A stretch of DNA of 64,000 nucleotides, from positions 384,001-448,000 of the forward strand of contig JAWLHJ010000005.1 of the NCBI GenBank assembly GCA_041690395.1, read 5' to 3'. Both the position numbers and the translations under genes were made by a program. The notes beneath the pieces were generated by a model. It saw nothing but the letters and a program-made list of their open reading frames with translations, was not told the DNA's origin and did no database searches. Position 1 is the first letter of the stretch, and each line of letters opens with the position of its first letter. Shown in pieces: positions 48,976 through 59,002 of the stretch. The DNA comes from Longimicrobiales bacterium. Lineage in GTDB: Bacteria; Gemmatimonadota; Gemmatimonadetes; Longimicrobiales; Gaopeijiaceae.

Positions 48976-51031
48976 GGAGGCCCAGGACATCCTCGTTGCC
49001 CGGGTCGATCCCGAGCGCGCGCTCCAGGGCGGCCCGCGCGGCAGGCGTGTCTCCGCGGCGGAGGTGGAGGAGCGCCAGGCTACCGTAGCCGGCCACCGAC
49101 TCCTCGTCCGCTGCGATGGCGGCCCGGAAGCGGAGCTCCGCTTCGTCGAGCCGTCCCTCCTCCATGCGGATCGAGCCCAGCAGGACGTGTGCGTCCACGA
49201 GATCCGGATCGCCCCGCACGGCCTGCTCCAGCGCCCGTGCCGCCCCCGCCGCGTCTCCTTCCGACACGAGGAGCACGGCGATGTTGTACCAGGAGCGGGG
49301 TGCGTGGACGGGGTCCAGAGAAACGACGCGCTCGAGCTGAGCGAGCGCCTCGGCGGCGCGTCCGGCCGAGAACAGCGCGTCGCCCAGCTTCACCTGCGCC
49401 TCGATGAGGTACGGCTGAATCTCGATGGCGCGTCGTAGCGGCGGGATGGCGTCGGCGCGTCCTTGCTCCTCACGTAGGGAGCCGAGCCAGAAGTGGGCCC
49501 AGGGGTCGTCCGGGTACGCCTCGGTGGCGTCCAGGAAGACCTGCTCGGCCTCGGCCGTCGACCCGATGTCGGCGAGCGCTCGGCCGAGCGCGATGCGGGC
49601 CTCGACATGGTCCGCTCCCTCGGCGAGGCCACGGCGAGCGAAGTCGACCACGGTGCGCACGTACGTGGGCACCCGGTGCATCGTCTCGTAGAACGCCATG
49701 TATGCCGCTGCGGTCTCGAGGGCGTCGAGAGGCGTCGAGGTGCTCCGCGCGGCCATGATGTGCGCGCTGCGTCCCGCCTCCTGCAGGGCGACCAGCCGGA
49801 TCGGGTCCGGAGACTCGAACGCGGGGCGCCCCTCCGAGGGATCCAGCGGAGGACCGGGGTCGCGTCGGATCCAGTGGTCGGTGAAGCGAACGTGGGGGAC
49901 GTCGCTCGTGCCGCCGCGGCTCATGTGGCAGTCGACGCAGTCGCCGGTGGTGTCCGCCCCGACGCCCGGGTGATCCGGCGCATCGTGGCACGAGGCGCAC
50001 GCCTGGTCGTACTGCTCCGATGTCACGGCCCGCCCCGCCGTGTGCGGCGCGTGGCATGTCGTGCACGTCATCTCGGATGCCTGGTAGCAGGCGCTCCGCG
50101 CCAACCGCAACGGGTGGGAGTCGATCCCGACCCAGTCCGGGTCGGTGAGCTGCTGTTCCGGCACGAAGACCGTTCGGTGCTCCCAGAGCGATTGGCCCGA
50201 CCGGAACGTGGTCGGGTCCTCCCCCTCCTTGAAGACGGTCACTCCGGCCAGGTGGCACTGCTGGCAGTTGGAGAGCTGGGCGCTCCGGTCGAGGCGGCCC
50301 GGGTGGACGATGGTCGGGTCGGGCTCGCCCGTCGCCGGTCCTTCGCCGGCCTCGCGCAGGGCGACGTGGTCGCCGCCGGGTCCGTGGCAGCGTTCACAGC
50401 CGATGCCGGTGGGCAGCTCGGGATAGTGATTCTGAGCGTACCGACTGTGTTCCGGGAAGTCGGTGTGACAGGTCGCACACTCGAGGTTGATCTTCCGGCT
50501 GAAGCGGTCGTTCGCCTCCTCGTAGCCGGGGCTCATGTCCCACCGGCCCCGCTCCGCGTACCAGGTGAGCGGCATCTCCGTGACGTAGCCGTCCACCCGC
50601 ATGAGGTACGAGCGGGTGGCCGCGCCCGACCCGATGACGTAGGCGGCGGGGTAGGTGACGTCGTGCACCACCGCTCCGCCGCCGGCGATCCTGAACTCGC
50701 GCTGGAACAGCGTGTCACCGCGGGCGAACGCCTCGTAGCTGAGGTCCGTGGCGGCGTTGTACACGACCGCGCCGGGAAGCCGCTCGGGGGCGCTGGCCGC
50801 CTCGAAACGGCTGATCGAGCCGCTCTTGGCCGTCGCCGCGTAGTCGGTCGCGATGTCCTGGTGGCAGGCCACGCACGTCTCGCTTCCGACGAAGGCGGCC
50901 GCCGCGGAAGGCACCAAAGAGGCGGTGGGCCCGGACGAGGCGTCGGGCGCGCTCCCGGCCTGGGAGTCGCGCCCGCACCCCGTGGCGGCGAGCGTGACGA
51001 GAAGAATCGAGAGGAAGTGCCGCTGGTTCAC
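48956..51031 (-). CDS. Multiheme c-type cytochrome lipoprotein with C-terminal TPRs
   Basis: Seven CxxCH (CVACH, CATCH, CERCH, CQQCH, CTTCH, CASCH, CVDCH); FTDHWIR; TPR helices; lipobox ATGC. Confidence 0.9.
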   Translation of the reverse strand: MNQRHFLSILLVTLAATGCGRDSQAGSAPDASSGPTASLVPSAAAAFVGSETCVACHQDIATDYAATAKSGSISRFEAASAPERLPGAVVYNAATDLSYEAFARGDTLFQREFRIAGGGAVVHDVTYPAAYVIGSGAATRSYLMRVDGYVTEMPLTWYAERGRWDMSPGYEEANDRFSRKINLECATCHTDFPEHSRYAQNHYPELPTGIGCERCHGPGGDHVALREAGEGPATGEPDPTIVHPGRLDRSAQLSNCQQCHLAGVTVFKEGEDPTTFRSGQSLWEHRTVFVPEQQLTDPDWVGIDSHPLRLARSACYQASEMTCTTCHAPHTAGRAVTSEQYDQACASCHDAPDHPGVGADTTGDCVDCHMSRGGTSDVPHVRFTDHWIRRDPGPPLDPSEGRPAFESPDPIRLVALQEAGRSAHIMAARSTSTPLDALETAAAYMAFYETMHRVPTYVRTVVDFARRGLAEGADHVEARIALGRALADIGSTAEAEQVFLDATEAYPDDPWAHFWLGSLREEQGRADAIPPLRRAIEIQPYLIEAQVKLGDALFSAGRAAEALAQLERVVSLDPVHAPRSWYNIAVLLVSEGDAAGAARALEQAVRGDPDLVDAHVLLGSIRMEEGRLDEAELRFRAAIAADEESVAGYGSLALLHLRRGDTPAARAALERALGIDPGNEDVLGLLRQIGG

Positions 51032-51053
51032 GCTCGCGCGGAGTTCGTGGTGT

Positions 51054-51524
51054 CTACCGACCCGGGATCACGATCAAGGGTGGGTCGGTCGGATCGTCTC
51101 CGCCACCCTGGCCTCCCAGGTTGATCGACTTGAAGAACACGACGATCGCCGTCGTCAGCGCCGCGGCGACGACGCCCGTGCGAACCCGGGAGAACTCCCG
51201 GCGATCGACCTCCAGCACCTCCGATCGGTGGAACTGGAGCGTGTCCTGCCGCCCTTCGAACATCGTGCCTGCGTAGAAGGCGCCCCATCCCACGCTCAAG
51301 CGGAGGGAGTCGGGCGTGACCCTCACCAGCGGGCCCTCGACGCTCCGGACGGTACTCCCCATCCGATCCGAGAGCCGTTGTGACGGCTCCGCGGCCAGCC
51401 TCAAGCGGACGGGATCTCCGGGTGCGAGATCGTTCCCCAGCACCGCCTGGTAGGAGTAGCAGCCACCGAGCGACGCCAGGAGAAGAAGCGCCAGCCCGGT
51501 CCGACGGACCGGGCTGGCGACCAT
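51054..51524 (-). CDS. Lipoprotein, hypothetical (SusCD-associated)
   Basis: LGGC lipobox; C-terminal hydrophobic segment. Confidence 0.7.
   Translation of the reverse strand: MVASPVRRTGLALLLLASLGGCYSYQAVLGNDLAPGDPVRLRLAAEPSQRLSDRMGSTVRSVEGPLVRVTPDSLRLSVGWGAFYAGTMFEGRQDTLQFHRSEVLEVDRREFSRVRTGVVAAALTTAIVVFFKSINLGGQGGGDDPTDPPLIVIPGR
51481..51519 (-). terminator. Perfect GC hairpin with pyrimidine tail downstream of susD
   Basis: CGCCAGCCCGGTCCG-A-CGGACCGGGCTGGCG (51489-51519), followed on the minus strand by CTTCTTCT. Confidence 0.5.
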
Positions 51525-51544
51525 GGAAAGTGAAAGGGAGCGTC

Positions 51545-52906
51545 TCAACACGTCCCCACGATGTAGCAGTTCGACGTCCGCTCGATCTGGGCCACCGGGA
51601 ACAACGTGCCGGGCCGTGTCGACGCCGACGCGTTCGGGTTCCAGAGGCTCGACGTGGTGCCCCAACGGTAGTGGTCGTTGAGGCGTCGGCCGGTGAAGTA
51701 CAGCCCGCCCATGCGGTGGTGGCGGAGGAGATCCTCCGGGTCGACCTGGCCCGTGTAGTCCGTCAGGCCGTCGAGGTCGCGGATCCGGTTGATGTAGCCC
51801 CGGAACGTTCCGGTGTCCCCGTTCGCGGCCAGCTCGGCTTCCGCCAGGATCAGCAGAAGCTCGCGCGCCGACACGATGGTCAGCGGCGGCCAGTCACGTG
51901 CGTCGATCGCCTCGAGGATGATGTCCTCGAGCGCCGGATCGACGACGTTGTCGATGGGGTCCATCAACGCCACGCTCTCGACCTCCTTGTTGTTGTCCGT
52001 CGCGTCGACGTAGTCGTCGGACGGCCGGAGCTCCAGCCGCTCGTTCACCCATCCGCCCCAAGCGTTGTCCACCGTCGAGGAGCTGTAGGTGAAGCGGTAC
52101 CGCCAGGAGTCCTCGACCAACGCCAGCGCCGCCAGGGCGTCCGCGTTGGCGCCCGCGTCGTTCACGAGCGGGTCCGCCGGCGTGTTTCCGGCCGGCGTGA
52201 TCTTCTCACGTACCGCCCTCGCGTGGCGCGTGCGTGCCCGCTGCGCCAGGAGCTGCGCCTCGAGCGCTTCGGTGCTCGTGAGGGCCAACGCCTCGGTGAG
52301 CTGCGTCTCGGCGTAGTCGTAGAAGTCGAGCATGTTCGCCGGCCCGACGGGAGGCTGCGTGTCCCGTCGATCCGAGAGCACGAAGTCCTCCCAGAGGTCC
52401 GCGATCATGGTGCGCATGATCGCGGAATACAGCTTCGCCCTGGCCAGGTAGTCCGGCTCATCGAGGTTGCCCTCGGCGTCGAACTGCTCGAGAAGCCTGA
52501 CGGCTTCGTCCGCCATCCAACGCCCTTCCGTCACGAAGGGCCAAGCGGCGTCCGAGAACTCGTTCGCCGCGTCCTGGAGGTCTCCGGACTGGATCTGGAT
52601 CCAGGCGTCTCGCGAGCCCGTGAACACCAGCTCGTCCGATGCCGCCGAGTGCAGCATGATGGCCTGGCCCGCGGCCTGAGCGACCGTGGACAGCGCACCG
52701 TTCGCCAACGCTCCCGCGGACGACGGCGTTTCGAGGTCCTCCTGGAGGAGCGAGTTCGGGTTCTCCACGTCGAGCAACCCGCTGCATGCCGTCAGGGTGA
52801 GGACGCCTACCAGCGCCCCCAGCCCCGCCGGCACCCGGCGGATGTTTCTTGCGGTGGCTCCGGAGTTGGATTCCCTCCGGCCCCGCTTGTCATCCGTTCT
52901 CATCAT
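51545..52906 (-). CDS. SusD/RagB family outer-membrane lipoprotein
   Basis: LTAC lipobox, LLDVENPN; ELLLILAEA; INRIR; GRRLND..R; FPV..ER..N. Confidence 0.88.
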   Translation of the reverse strand: MMRTDDKRGRRESNSGATARNIRRVPAGLGALVGVLTLTACSGLLDVENPNSLLQEDLETPSSAGALANGALSTVAQAAGQAIMLHSAASDELVFTGSRDAWIQIQSGDLQDAANEFSDAAWPFVTEGRWMADEAVRLLEQFDAEGNLDEPDYLARAKLYSAIMRTMIADLWEDFVLSDRRDTQPPVGPANMLDFYDYAETQLTEALALTSTEALEAQLLAQRARTRHARAVREKITPAGNTPADPLVNDAGANADALAALALVEDSWRYRFTYSSSTVDNAWGGWVNERLELRPSDDYVDATDNNKEVESVALMDPIDNVVDPALEDIILEAIDARDWPPLTIVSARELLLILAEAELAANGDTGTFRGYINRIRDLDGLTDYTGQVDPEDLLRHHRMGGLYFTGRRLNDHYRWGTTSSLWNPNASASTRPGTLFPVAQIERTSNCYIVGTC

Positions 52907-52949
52907 ATCCTTCCTTGTCTCGAGATCGAAGATCGCGGTTCACGGGGGC

Positions 52950-55900
52950 TCAGAAGCCAGCCCGGATCGTGACGGTGAATCGACGCGGGAGCGGTACACC
53001 CCATCCCACGGTGCCCACGTTGAAGTTGCTCGTGAGGCCACCTTCCCCGTCACCGGACGCCGTATTCAGCTCCGGATCCGTACCGGGGAACTTCGTCCAC
53101 AGCGCGAGGTTGCGCGCGGCCGCGGACAGCGACAGGGACGACGCTCCGAACCGCTCCGCGGTCGAGACCGGCAGCCGGTACGTCAGGCTCACCTCACGGA
53201 GGCGGAGCCAGTCGGCGTCGTGGATCTCGTTCAGTCCGTCGTACGGCGACAGGGCCGCGAGCTCGCGAACCCATTTGTCGGCCGCCGCCGCGCGCTCCGC
53301 CGTGGTGCTCGCGGGGTTGAGCAGAATCGACTCGACCTCCGCGGACTCCCGGGTGTTGCGCCCGATGAGCGGATGCGAGCGACGGAACGCACCATCCAGA
53401 TCGTGGATCTGGAAGTTGCCGAACCGGTACTCGAACAGCGTGTTGAGCGACACGTCGCCGAAGAACGTCAGGTTCGTGCCGAAGCTGCCCTGCCAGTCCG
53501 GAACCGGCTTGCCCAGATAGTGCTCGAGCGACTCGGGCGTGCCGCAGTTCAGTACGTACGGCTGCAGGTCGCCCGGGCTCCGGGGCGTCGACACGTACGC
53601 GTCGAGCTCCGCCTGCGTGAGCGGGTTACAATCGCCGAGGTGCACTGCGGTCTCTGCGCTGTTGTCGATCATCGGGCCGAAGAAGGCGCCCGGGTGGTAG
53701 TCTTCGCGCGTGAACTGACGGTAGCGCGGATAGGATCCGCCGACCTTGAGCGGCGGGGCGCCACCGAGGTCCGTGATTCGCTCCCGCAGGAACGAAGCGT
53801 TCGCGAAGACGTTCGCCGAGAAGTCCGGCGAAGCGACCGCCACCGCGTTGGCCCCGACTTCCACGCCCCACGACTTCATCTCACCGATGTTGTCGAGCTG
53901 CGTGGAGCGGAAGCCACCGGAGGGCGCGAACTGCCGGTCGACGAGCACGTCGTTGACCGTGCGGTTCCAGTAGGTGGCCTCGACCGAGACACGGTCGTCG
54001 AAGACGCCGAGCTCCGTGCCGACCTCCCACTCCACGGACGTCTCGGGCTTGAGGTCCGGGTTACCGAGGTTGTCCGGCGCAACGCCGGGTCCGAGCTCCG
54101 ATGCCAGCGCCGCGAAGGTCGTGAACTGGTCGAACGCCCCCGGCTGCAGCCCGGAGGTTCCGTAGGCGCCGCGGATGCGGAACGTCGAGAAGACGTTGTC
54201 CCACCCGGGAAGGTCGCTCGGAACAATCGACATGCTCACCTTCGGATACAGCGCGCCACCGGCCGTCTCACCGAACGCGGAGTGCTCGTCGTACCGCGCG
54301 CCGACCGTGAAGAACGCGAAGTTCTGGTAGCCGATCTGCGCCTGACCGAGGATACCGGCGCTGGCCTCTTCCAGGAACTCCTCTCCCACCGTCTGGAGCG
54401 CGCCGGCCTCCGTGACTTCGAGACCGGGAGCGGGGAACTCCTCACCCTGGCCGTCCTGGCTGAGCGTACGGGTCAGGAAGCCCTGGCCGCCGAACACGAA
54501 GTCGGCCGTCCAGTCGTCACCGAACGTGGTTCCCCAGTTGGCCTTGAGGTCGAGCGTGACCTCACGGTGGTTCCGGTCACCGACCGTCCGGTTACCGGCC
54601 ACGTTGGAGCTCGTGTAGTTGTCGACGTCCCACCCGAACGGAATGAAGCGGACGCCGCGCTGGTTCACGAAGTCGACACCGACGGTCGCGTCGACCGAGA
54701 TGTTCGAGGCGGCCTGCCAGATCGTCGTGAAGGCGCCGCCGAAGCGCTGGACGTCCTGGCTGGTGCGGCGGTGCCAGTTCTCACGCGTGGTGGCGAAGGC
54801 CGGCGAGCCGAACAGGTTGTCGGACGTCGCGAGATCGGGCTGGCTGTTGATGATGCTGGACAGCACGCCGTAGATGTTGTTGTTCGTGTCCGGGACCTCG
54901 TGGTCCATCTCGGTATAGTTGGAGGAGACGCGGACACGGAGGTTGTCGAGCGGGAAGATCTCGACGTTGGCGTTGAACTGCATCCGCTCGCTCTTGTCGT
55001 TCGAGACCGTCAGTCCGGGGCCTGCATACTGCTCCCCGTCGTACGGACCGTCCTCCGTCGCGAAGCGGCCGGACAGGAAGTAGGTGACGGCCTGCGATCC
55101 GCCGGTCACGGACGCCGTGTACGTCTGCATGGTGCCGGTTCCGAACTGCGGTCCGATCATGTCCGCTTCGAAGACCTCCCACGGATTCACGCTGATGCCC
55201 CAGCGCTCCTGGATGCCGGTGGCACCGACGTCGAGGAGGGCGCCGCCGGAGGTGAAGCTCGGACCCTGCGCCCGCACGAAGCCCGCGTGCATGTCGAAGC
55301 GATCGAGCGGGTACTGCGTGAAGCCCTGCTCGATGCTCACGTCGTAACGTGGCGTTCCGGCCTGCCCACGCTTCGTGAAGATCTGGATGACGCCGTTCGA
55401 GGCCTGCGTTCCGTAGAGCGTCGCCGCGGCGGCGCCCTTCAGGATCTCGATGCGCTCGATGGCGTCGGGGTTGAGGTCGTCGAGGCGCGACGGCGATCCG
55501 CCGGGTGATCCCACGCCCGGGCCGAAGCCCTGTGAGTTGTCCGCCCGGACGCCGTCGATGTAGATGACCGGCTCGTTCGACTGAGAGAGAGACGCGGAGC
55601 CACGGATCCTGATCCGGGTTCCTTCACCAGCGACACCACCACTCGGCAATCCCATCACCCCCGGTTCCCGTGCCGTCAGAATCTCCGACATGTTGGTCAC
55701 CGGCGCTGCTTCCATCTCTCTCAGGTCGACCGTTGCGATCTGGTTCCCCAGTCGCCGCCGCTCCGTCGCGGCACCGGCGCCCGTGACCACGATCTGGTCG
55801 AGTGCGAGCGCCGTCTGGCGGAGCTCGAAGTTGGCCGTGGCGGTCTGCCCGGCCTGTACCGTCACCGTCGCCTCGGCGGCCGCGAAGCCGATGAGCTCGG

Positions 55901-56159
55901 CCCGGACGACGTGCTCGCCAGCCGGGACGTTGAGGATGAGGAACTGGCCTCTCGCGTTGGATAGCGAGCCGAAGCTCGTTCCTTCGATATAGACCTGTGC
56001 GTTCCCCAGCGGTCGCTGCGTTCCCGCCTCGGTGACCGTACCCGTGACGGTGCCCTGCGCGGCCGCGTGCAATGGCATCGCGACCAGGGCGAGGACGGCG
56101 AGCCAGGTGCCCGTCATGGGCAGGCTCCACCGTCGAATTCGAACCTGAGAGTCCGACAT
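52950..56159 (-). CDS. SusC/RagA TonB-dependent receptor
   Basis: Carboxypeptidase-reg-like N-terminus; IRIRG..S..NEP.IYIDG; LNPDAIERIEILKGAAAATLYG..ASNGVI.I.TK; GNPDLKPE; terminal F. Confidence 0.95.
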   Translation of the reverse strand: MSDSQVRIRRWSLPMTGTWLAVLALVAMPLHAAAQGTVTGTVTEAGTQRPLGNAQVYIEGTSFGSLSNARGQFLILNVPAGEHVVRAELIGFAAAEATVTVQAGQTATANFELRQTALALDQIVVTGAGAATERRRLGNQIATVDLREMEAAPVTNMSEILTAREPGVMGLPSGGVAGEGTRIRIRGSASLSQSNEPVIYIDGVRADNSQGFGPGVGSPGGSPSRLDDLNPDAIERIEILKGAAAATLYGTQASNGVIQIFTKRGQAGTPRYDVSIEQGFTQYPLDRFDMHAGFVRAQGPSFTSGGALLDVGATGIQERWGISVNPWEVFEADMIGPQFGTGTMQTYTASVTGGSQAVTYFLSGRFATEDGPYDGEQYAGPGLTVSNDKSERMQFNANVEIFPLDNLRVRVSSNYTEMDHEVPDTNNNIYGVLSSIINSQPDLATSDNLFGSPAFATTRENWHRRTSQDVQRFGGAFTTIWQAASNISVDATVGVDFVNQRGVRFIPFGWDVDNYTSSNVAGNRTVGDRNHREVTLDLKANWGTTFGDDWTADFVFGGQGFLTRTLSQDGQGEEFPAPGLEVTEAGALQTVGEEFLEEASAGILGQAQIGYQNFAFFTVGARYDEHSAFGETAGGALYPKVSMSIVPSDLPGWDNVFSTFRIRGAYGTSGLQPGAFDQFTTFAALASELGPGVAPDNLGNPDLKPETSVEWEVGTELGVFDDRVSVEATYWNRTVNDVLVDRQFAPSGGFRSTQLDNIGEMKSWGVEVGANAVAVASPDFSANVFANASFLRERITDLGGAPPLKVGGSYPRYRQFTREDYHPGAFFGPMIDNSAETAVHLGDCNPLTQAELDAYVSTPRSPGDLQPYVLNCGTPESLEHYLGKPVPDWQGSFGTNLTFFGDVSLNTLFEYRFGNFQIHDLDGAFRRSHPLIGRNTRESAEVESILLNPASTTAERAAAADKWVRELAALSPYDGLNEIHDADWLRLREVSLTYRLPVSTAERFGASSLSLSAAARNLALWTKFPGTDPELNTASGDGEGGLTSNFNVGTVGWGVPLPRRFTVTIRAGF

Positions 56160-56271
56160 ACCTAGACCCTCCTTCACCCGGAGGTGAAAAGGTCCTCGAA
56201 TCGCCCGATCCTCCGACGAGGCGGGGCGCCCGAGGAATTCGTCTGTGCTCCAGATACGCTGCGAGACACCC

Positions 56272-56291
56272 GTTGTCAACAAAATGTCAAC
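56272..56291 (-). promoter_or_regulatory. Tandem TTGACA motifs upstream of susC
   Basis: Minus strand GTTGACATTTTGTTGACAAC, 11-bp period, AT-rich in a high-GC background. Confidence 0.5.
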
Positions 56292-56441
56292 GCCATGTGT
56301 GTTATATGTTCGAGCCTTCTTGTACGACGACGCCTGGGTGGCCGCGTACGTAGGCGGTGAACCGTGGATGGCGGGGTGGCGCGTCGTCGATGCGGCGGAA
56401 AGCCAGCCGTCGCCGCCGACGCGCCGTGCGTCAGGTCGCGG

Positions 56442-58919
56442 TCACTCCCCTCCGGGTGCCAGCCGAATCCGCTCGGCGGTGACGGCCTCGATCTTCTCGC
56501 GCGAGAAGTACGCCGGGAACACCCGGTCCGCGGCCCAGAGCCGGAAGAGGTTGTCGTAGAACGGGCTGTCCGGGTCGCCGACCTGCCCGGGGGTATTCAT
56601 CCCCAGGGTGGCGTCCCAGTCCCGTGTATCGACGAAGATCCGGAACGACGCCCCGGAGGTCTGGTTGTCCCCATACCCGTTGGCGCCCACCGTGAAGCTG
56701 TAGCCGCCGCGTGGCGCAGGACCCACGTCGAGCCGCTGGCGGACGCTCGGAGATACGGCTGGGGAGAGGGGGTGCCGGAGCAGCGCGTGCTTGTACTCCT
56801 CCTGCCCGTACCGCCACCCGGCCATGTCGGTACCGAGCCGTTCCGTGAGGTCTGCCACCCCTGCCTCCAGGCTCTCGACCAGCAGGGCGTCCCGGCCGTC
56901 GATCGGCGTCGGTCCGAGCGCCCGGAACTCGGGCGTGGGCCCCACGACCCGTTCGAGCACCTCGTTCATCGAGACTCCGATGTGCTCCCGGGCCGCCTCG
57001 GGAACCAACAGCTCCTCGACCCGCTCGCGCAGCCTCCGCTCGAACGCGACGTAGATCCCCGCTTCGATCGACTCGGCGTCGAGGACGTGATCCCAGCCGA
57101 GGAGACGCCGCCGCGCCTCCTCGGCGCGCGTGTCGTCCGACGAGACGTGCCGAAGCAGGGGGACGAGCGTGCGCGCGGGGATCGACAGATAGTCGTGCTG
57201 GAGCGCGACCATGTCGGCGAGGCTGAACCGGCGGCCGCTGCTCAGCACTTCCTTGACCCGGTTCTGGCGGAACGGATCGGCCCAGAAGAACGACGTCGCT
57301 TCCTCGAGGTGCGGATAGTCGAACGGGGAGACCAGGTTCGCGTTGGCGGTCGCGATGAAGCCCCCGGGTGGGTTGTAGGCACTCGGCAGGGCATCGATGG
57401 GCAGGAAGCCGTCCCACTCGAAGCGGCCGTCTCCCGGCACGGGCACCACCCCGCTGAAGTTCCTGCGGATGGGCGCGATGCCCACGGCCTGCCAGCCGAT
57501 GTTTCCCTCCCGGTCGGCCCAGACCATGTTCTCGCCCGGGATGTGGCTGTAGGTGCAAGCCTCCTGGAATTCCTCCCAGTCGGTGGCCTGGTTCATCCGG
57601 AGCGACGCGAGGTAGGGCGCGCCGCCGACCTCCATCCAGGCCGCGCCCACCGCGTAGGCGATCCCGCGCGCCTCGTCCTGATAGACGACGGGTCCGTGCC
57701 GGGTGTAGCGCAACTCGACGTCGACCGGATCACCCCCCTCCACGCCGATCGTCTCGGTGACCGTCTCCATGGCGACCCAGCGGTCCTGATACCGATATCG
57801 CGTCGGGTCGTCGGGGTGGGTCTCGTAGACGAAGACGTCCTCGTGGTTGATGGCGAACACGGTGAGGCCCCAGGCTCCGTGGTCGTTGTGCCCGATGGAC
57901 ACGCCGGGAATGGTCGGCTCGCCGGCGCCCTGGACGTTCCACCCGGGCCCGTTCAGGTGCACCCAGTAGCGGAGCGACGGGGCGGCCTGCGCCCGATGCG
58001 GGTCGTTGGCCATCATCGGATAGTCGTTCGCGGCCAGGCGGCCACTCACGACCCAGTTATTGCTGCCGAGGCTCTCCCGCTCCCGGCGCTCGAGGGCGTG
58101 CGCTTCCGTGGCGAGCGCCGCATCGAGCCGCTCGAAGTCGTCTTCCTCGGCGCGGAACTCGGGCGCCACGTCCTCGGGCCGGAACGACGTCGTGCTGCGA
58201 AACGCCCGATAGAGCTCGAGGATGTCGTGATCGACCAGGTGCTGGCCGTCGATCGATGGGTCGAGCTCGATGTCGGGCTGATGGGGGTGGAACGACGCGA
58301 TCTCGCGTACACGCTCGGCGCCGAGCACATGGACGGCGCGCCCGTACGAGAGCGACGTGCCGGCGTCGCCCAGCAGCCCGCGGTGGCGGGTGATCACGAC
58401 CTCCGGCGTCCAGTGCCCGGGCTCGATGCCGAGCATCTCGAACTCGATGGGCAGCAGGTCGGGGTCCCGCCGCGTCTCGTCGATATACGCGTTGACGCCC
58501 GCGACGAACGCGGGGATGATCTCGTGCCCCCGCGGATGGTAGTGCCGCATCTCGGTGTCGAGATCGCCGCGGAACTTGAAGAGCCGGATCCCGTGGTCAC
58601 GCGTGATGGCCCGCGGTCCGAGAATCTCGGCCATGGTCCCGGTGGCTTCACGCCTCCAGATCTCGAGCTGGAAGAGCCGGTCGCGGGCTGCGTTCCATCC
58701 CTGCGCGAAGAAGAGGTCGTGCTCGGTCTCCGCGTAGATGTGCGAGATGCCCCACTGGTCCTTGAGGATCTCCACGGGCTGGTCGAGCCCCGGCGCGTCG
58801 AGGCGTATCTCCTCGGGCGCGGTGGCCTGCGCCTCGGCGGACCCCGCGTAGGCCGCGAGGAGCGCGGCGGTGAGCAGTGCGGCGGCGAGCAGCGGTCGAG
58901 CGGCGACGGGCGGCTTCAA
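56442..58919 (-). CDS. Penicillin acylase family Ntn-hydrolase
   Basis: TTG start after GGAGGA; DQWGISHIYA, QG...ARDRLFQLE, GSNNWVV, ANDPH, WGLT. Confidence 0.93.
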   Translation of the reverse strand: MKPPVAARPLLAAALLTAALLAAYAGSAEAQATAPEEIRLDAPGLDQPVEILKDQWGISHIYAETEHDLFFAQGWNAARDRLFQLEIWRREATGTMAEILGPRAITRDHGIRLFKFRGDLDTEMRHYHPRGHEIIPAFVAGVNAYIDETRRDPDLLPIEFEMLGIEPGHWTPEVVITRHRGLLGDAGTSLSYGRAVHVLGAERVREIASFHPHQPDIELDPSIDGQHLVDHDILELYRAFRSTTSFRPEDVAPEFRAEEDDFERLDAALATEAHALERRERESLGSNNWVVSGRLAANDYPMMANDPHRAQAAPSLRYWVHLNGPGWNVQGAGEPTIPGVSIGHNDHGAWGLTVFAINHEDVFVYETHPDDPTRYRYQDRWVAMETVTETIGVEGGDPVDVELRYTRHGPVVYQDEARGIAYAVGAAWMEVGGAPYLASLRMNQATDWEEFQEACTYSHIPGENMVWADREGNIGWQAVGIAPIRRNFSGVVPVPGDGRFEWDGFLPIDALPSAYNPPGGFIATANANLVSPFDYPHLEEATSFFWADPFRQNRVKEVLSSGRRFSLADMVALQHDYLSIPARTLVPLLRHVSSDDTRAEEARRRLLGWDHVLDAESIEAGIYVAFERRLRERVEELLVPEAAREHIGVSMNEVLERVVGPTPEFRALGPTPIDGRDALLVESLEAGVADLTERLGTDMAGWRYGQEEYKHALLRHPLSPAVSPSVRQRLDVGPAPRGGYSFTVGANGYGDNQTSGASFRIFVDTRDWDATLGMNTPGQVGDPDSPFYDNLFRLWAADRVFPAYFSREKIEAVTAERIRLAPGGE

Positions 58920-59002
58920 GGTGTGTCCTCCTGTTCGTCCCTGGCTGAGCGAGGGGAACATGTAGTGCCCCGCCATGCCGGCGCGCCAGCCGGTCCGGGT
59001 GG

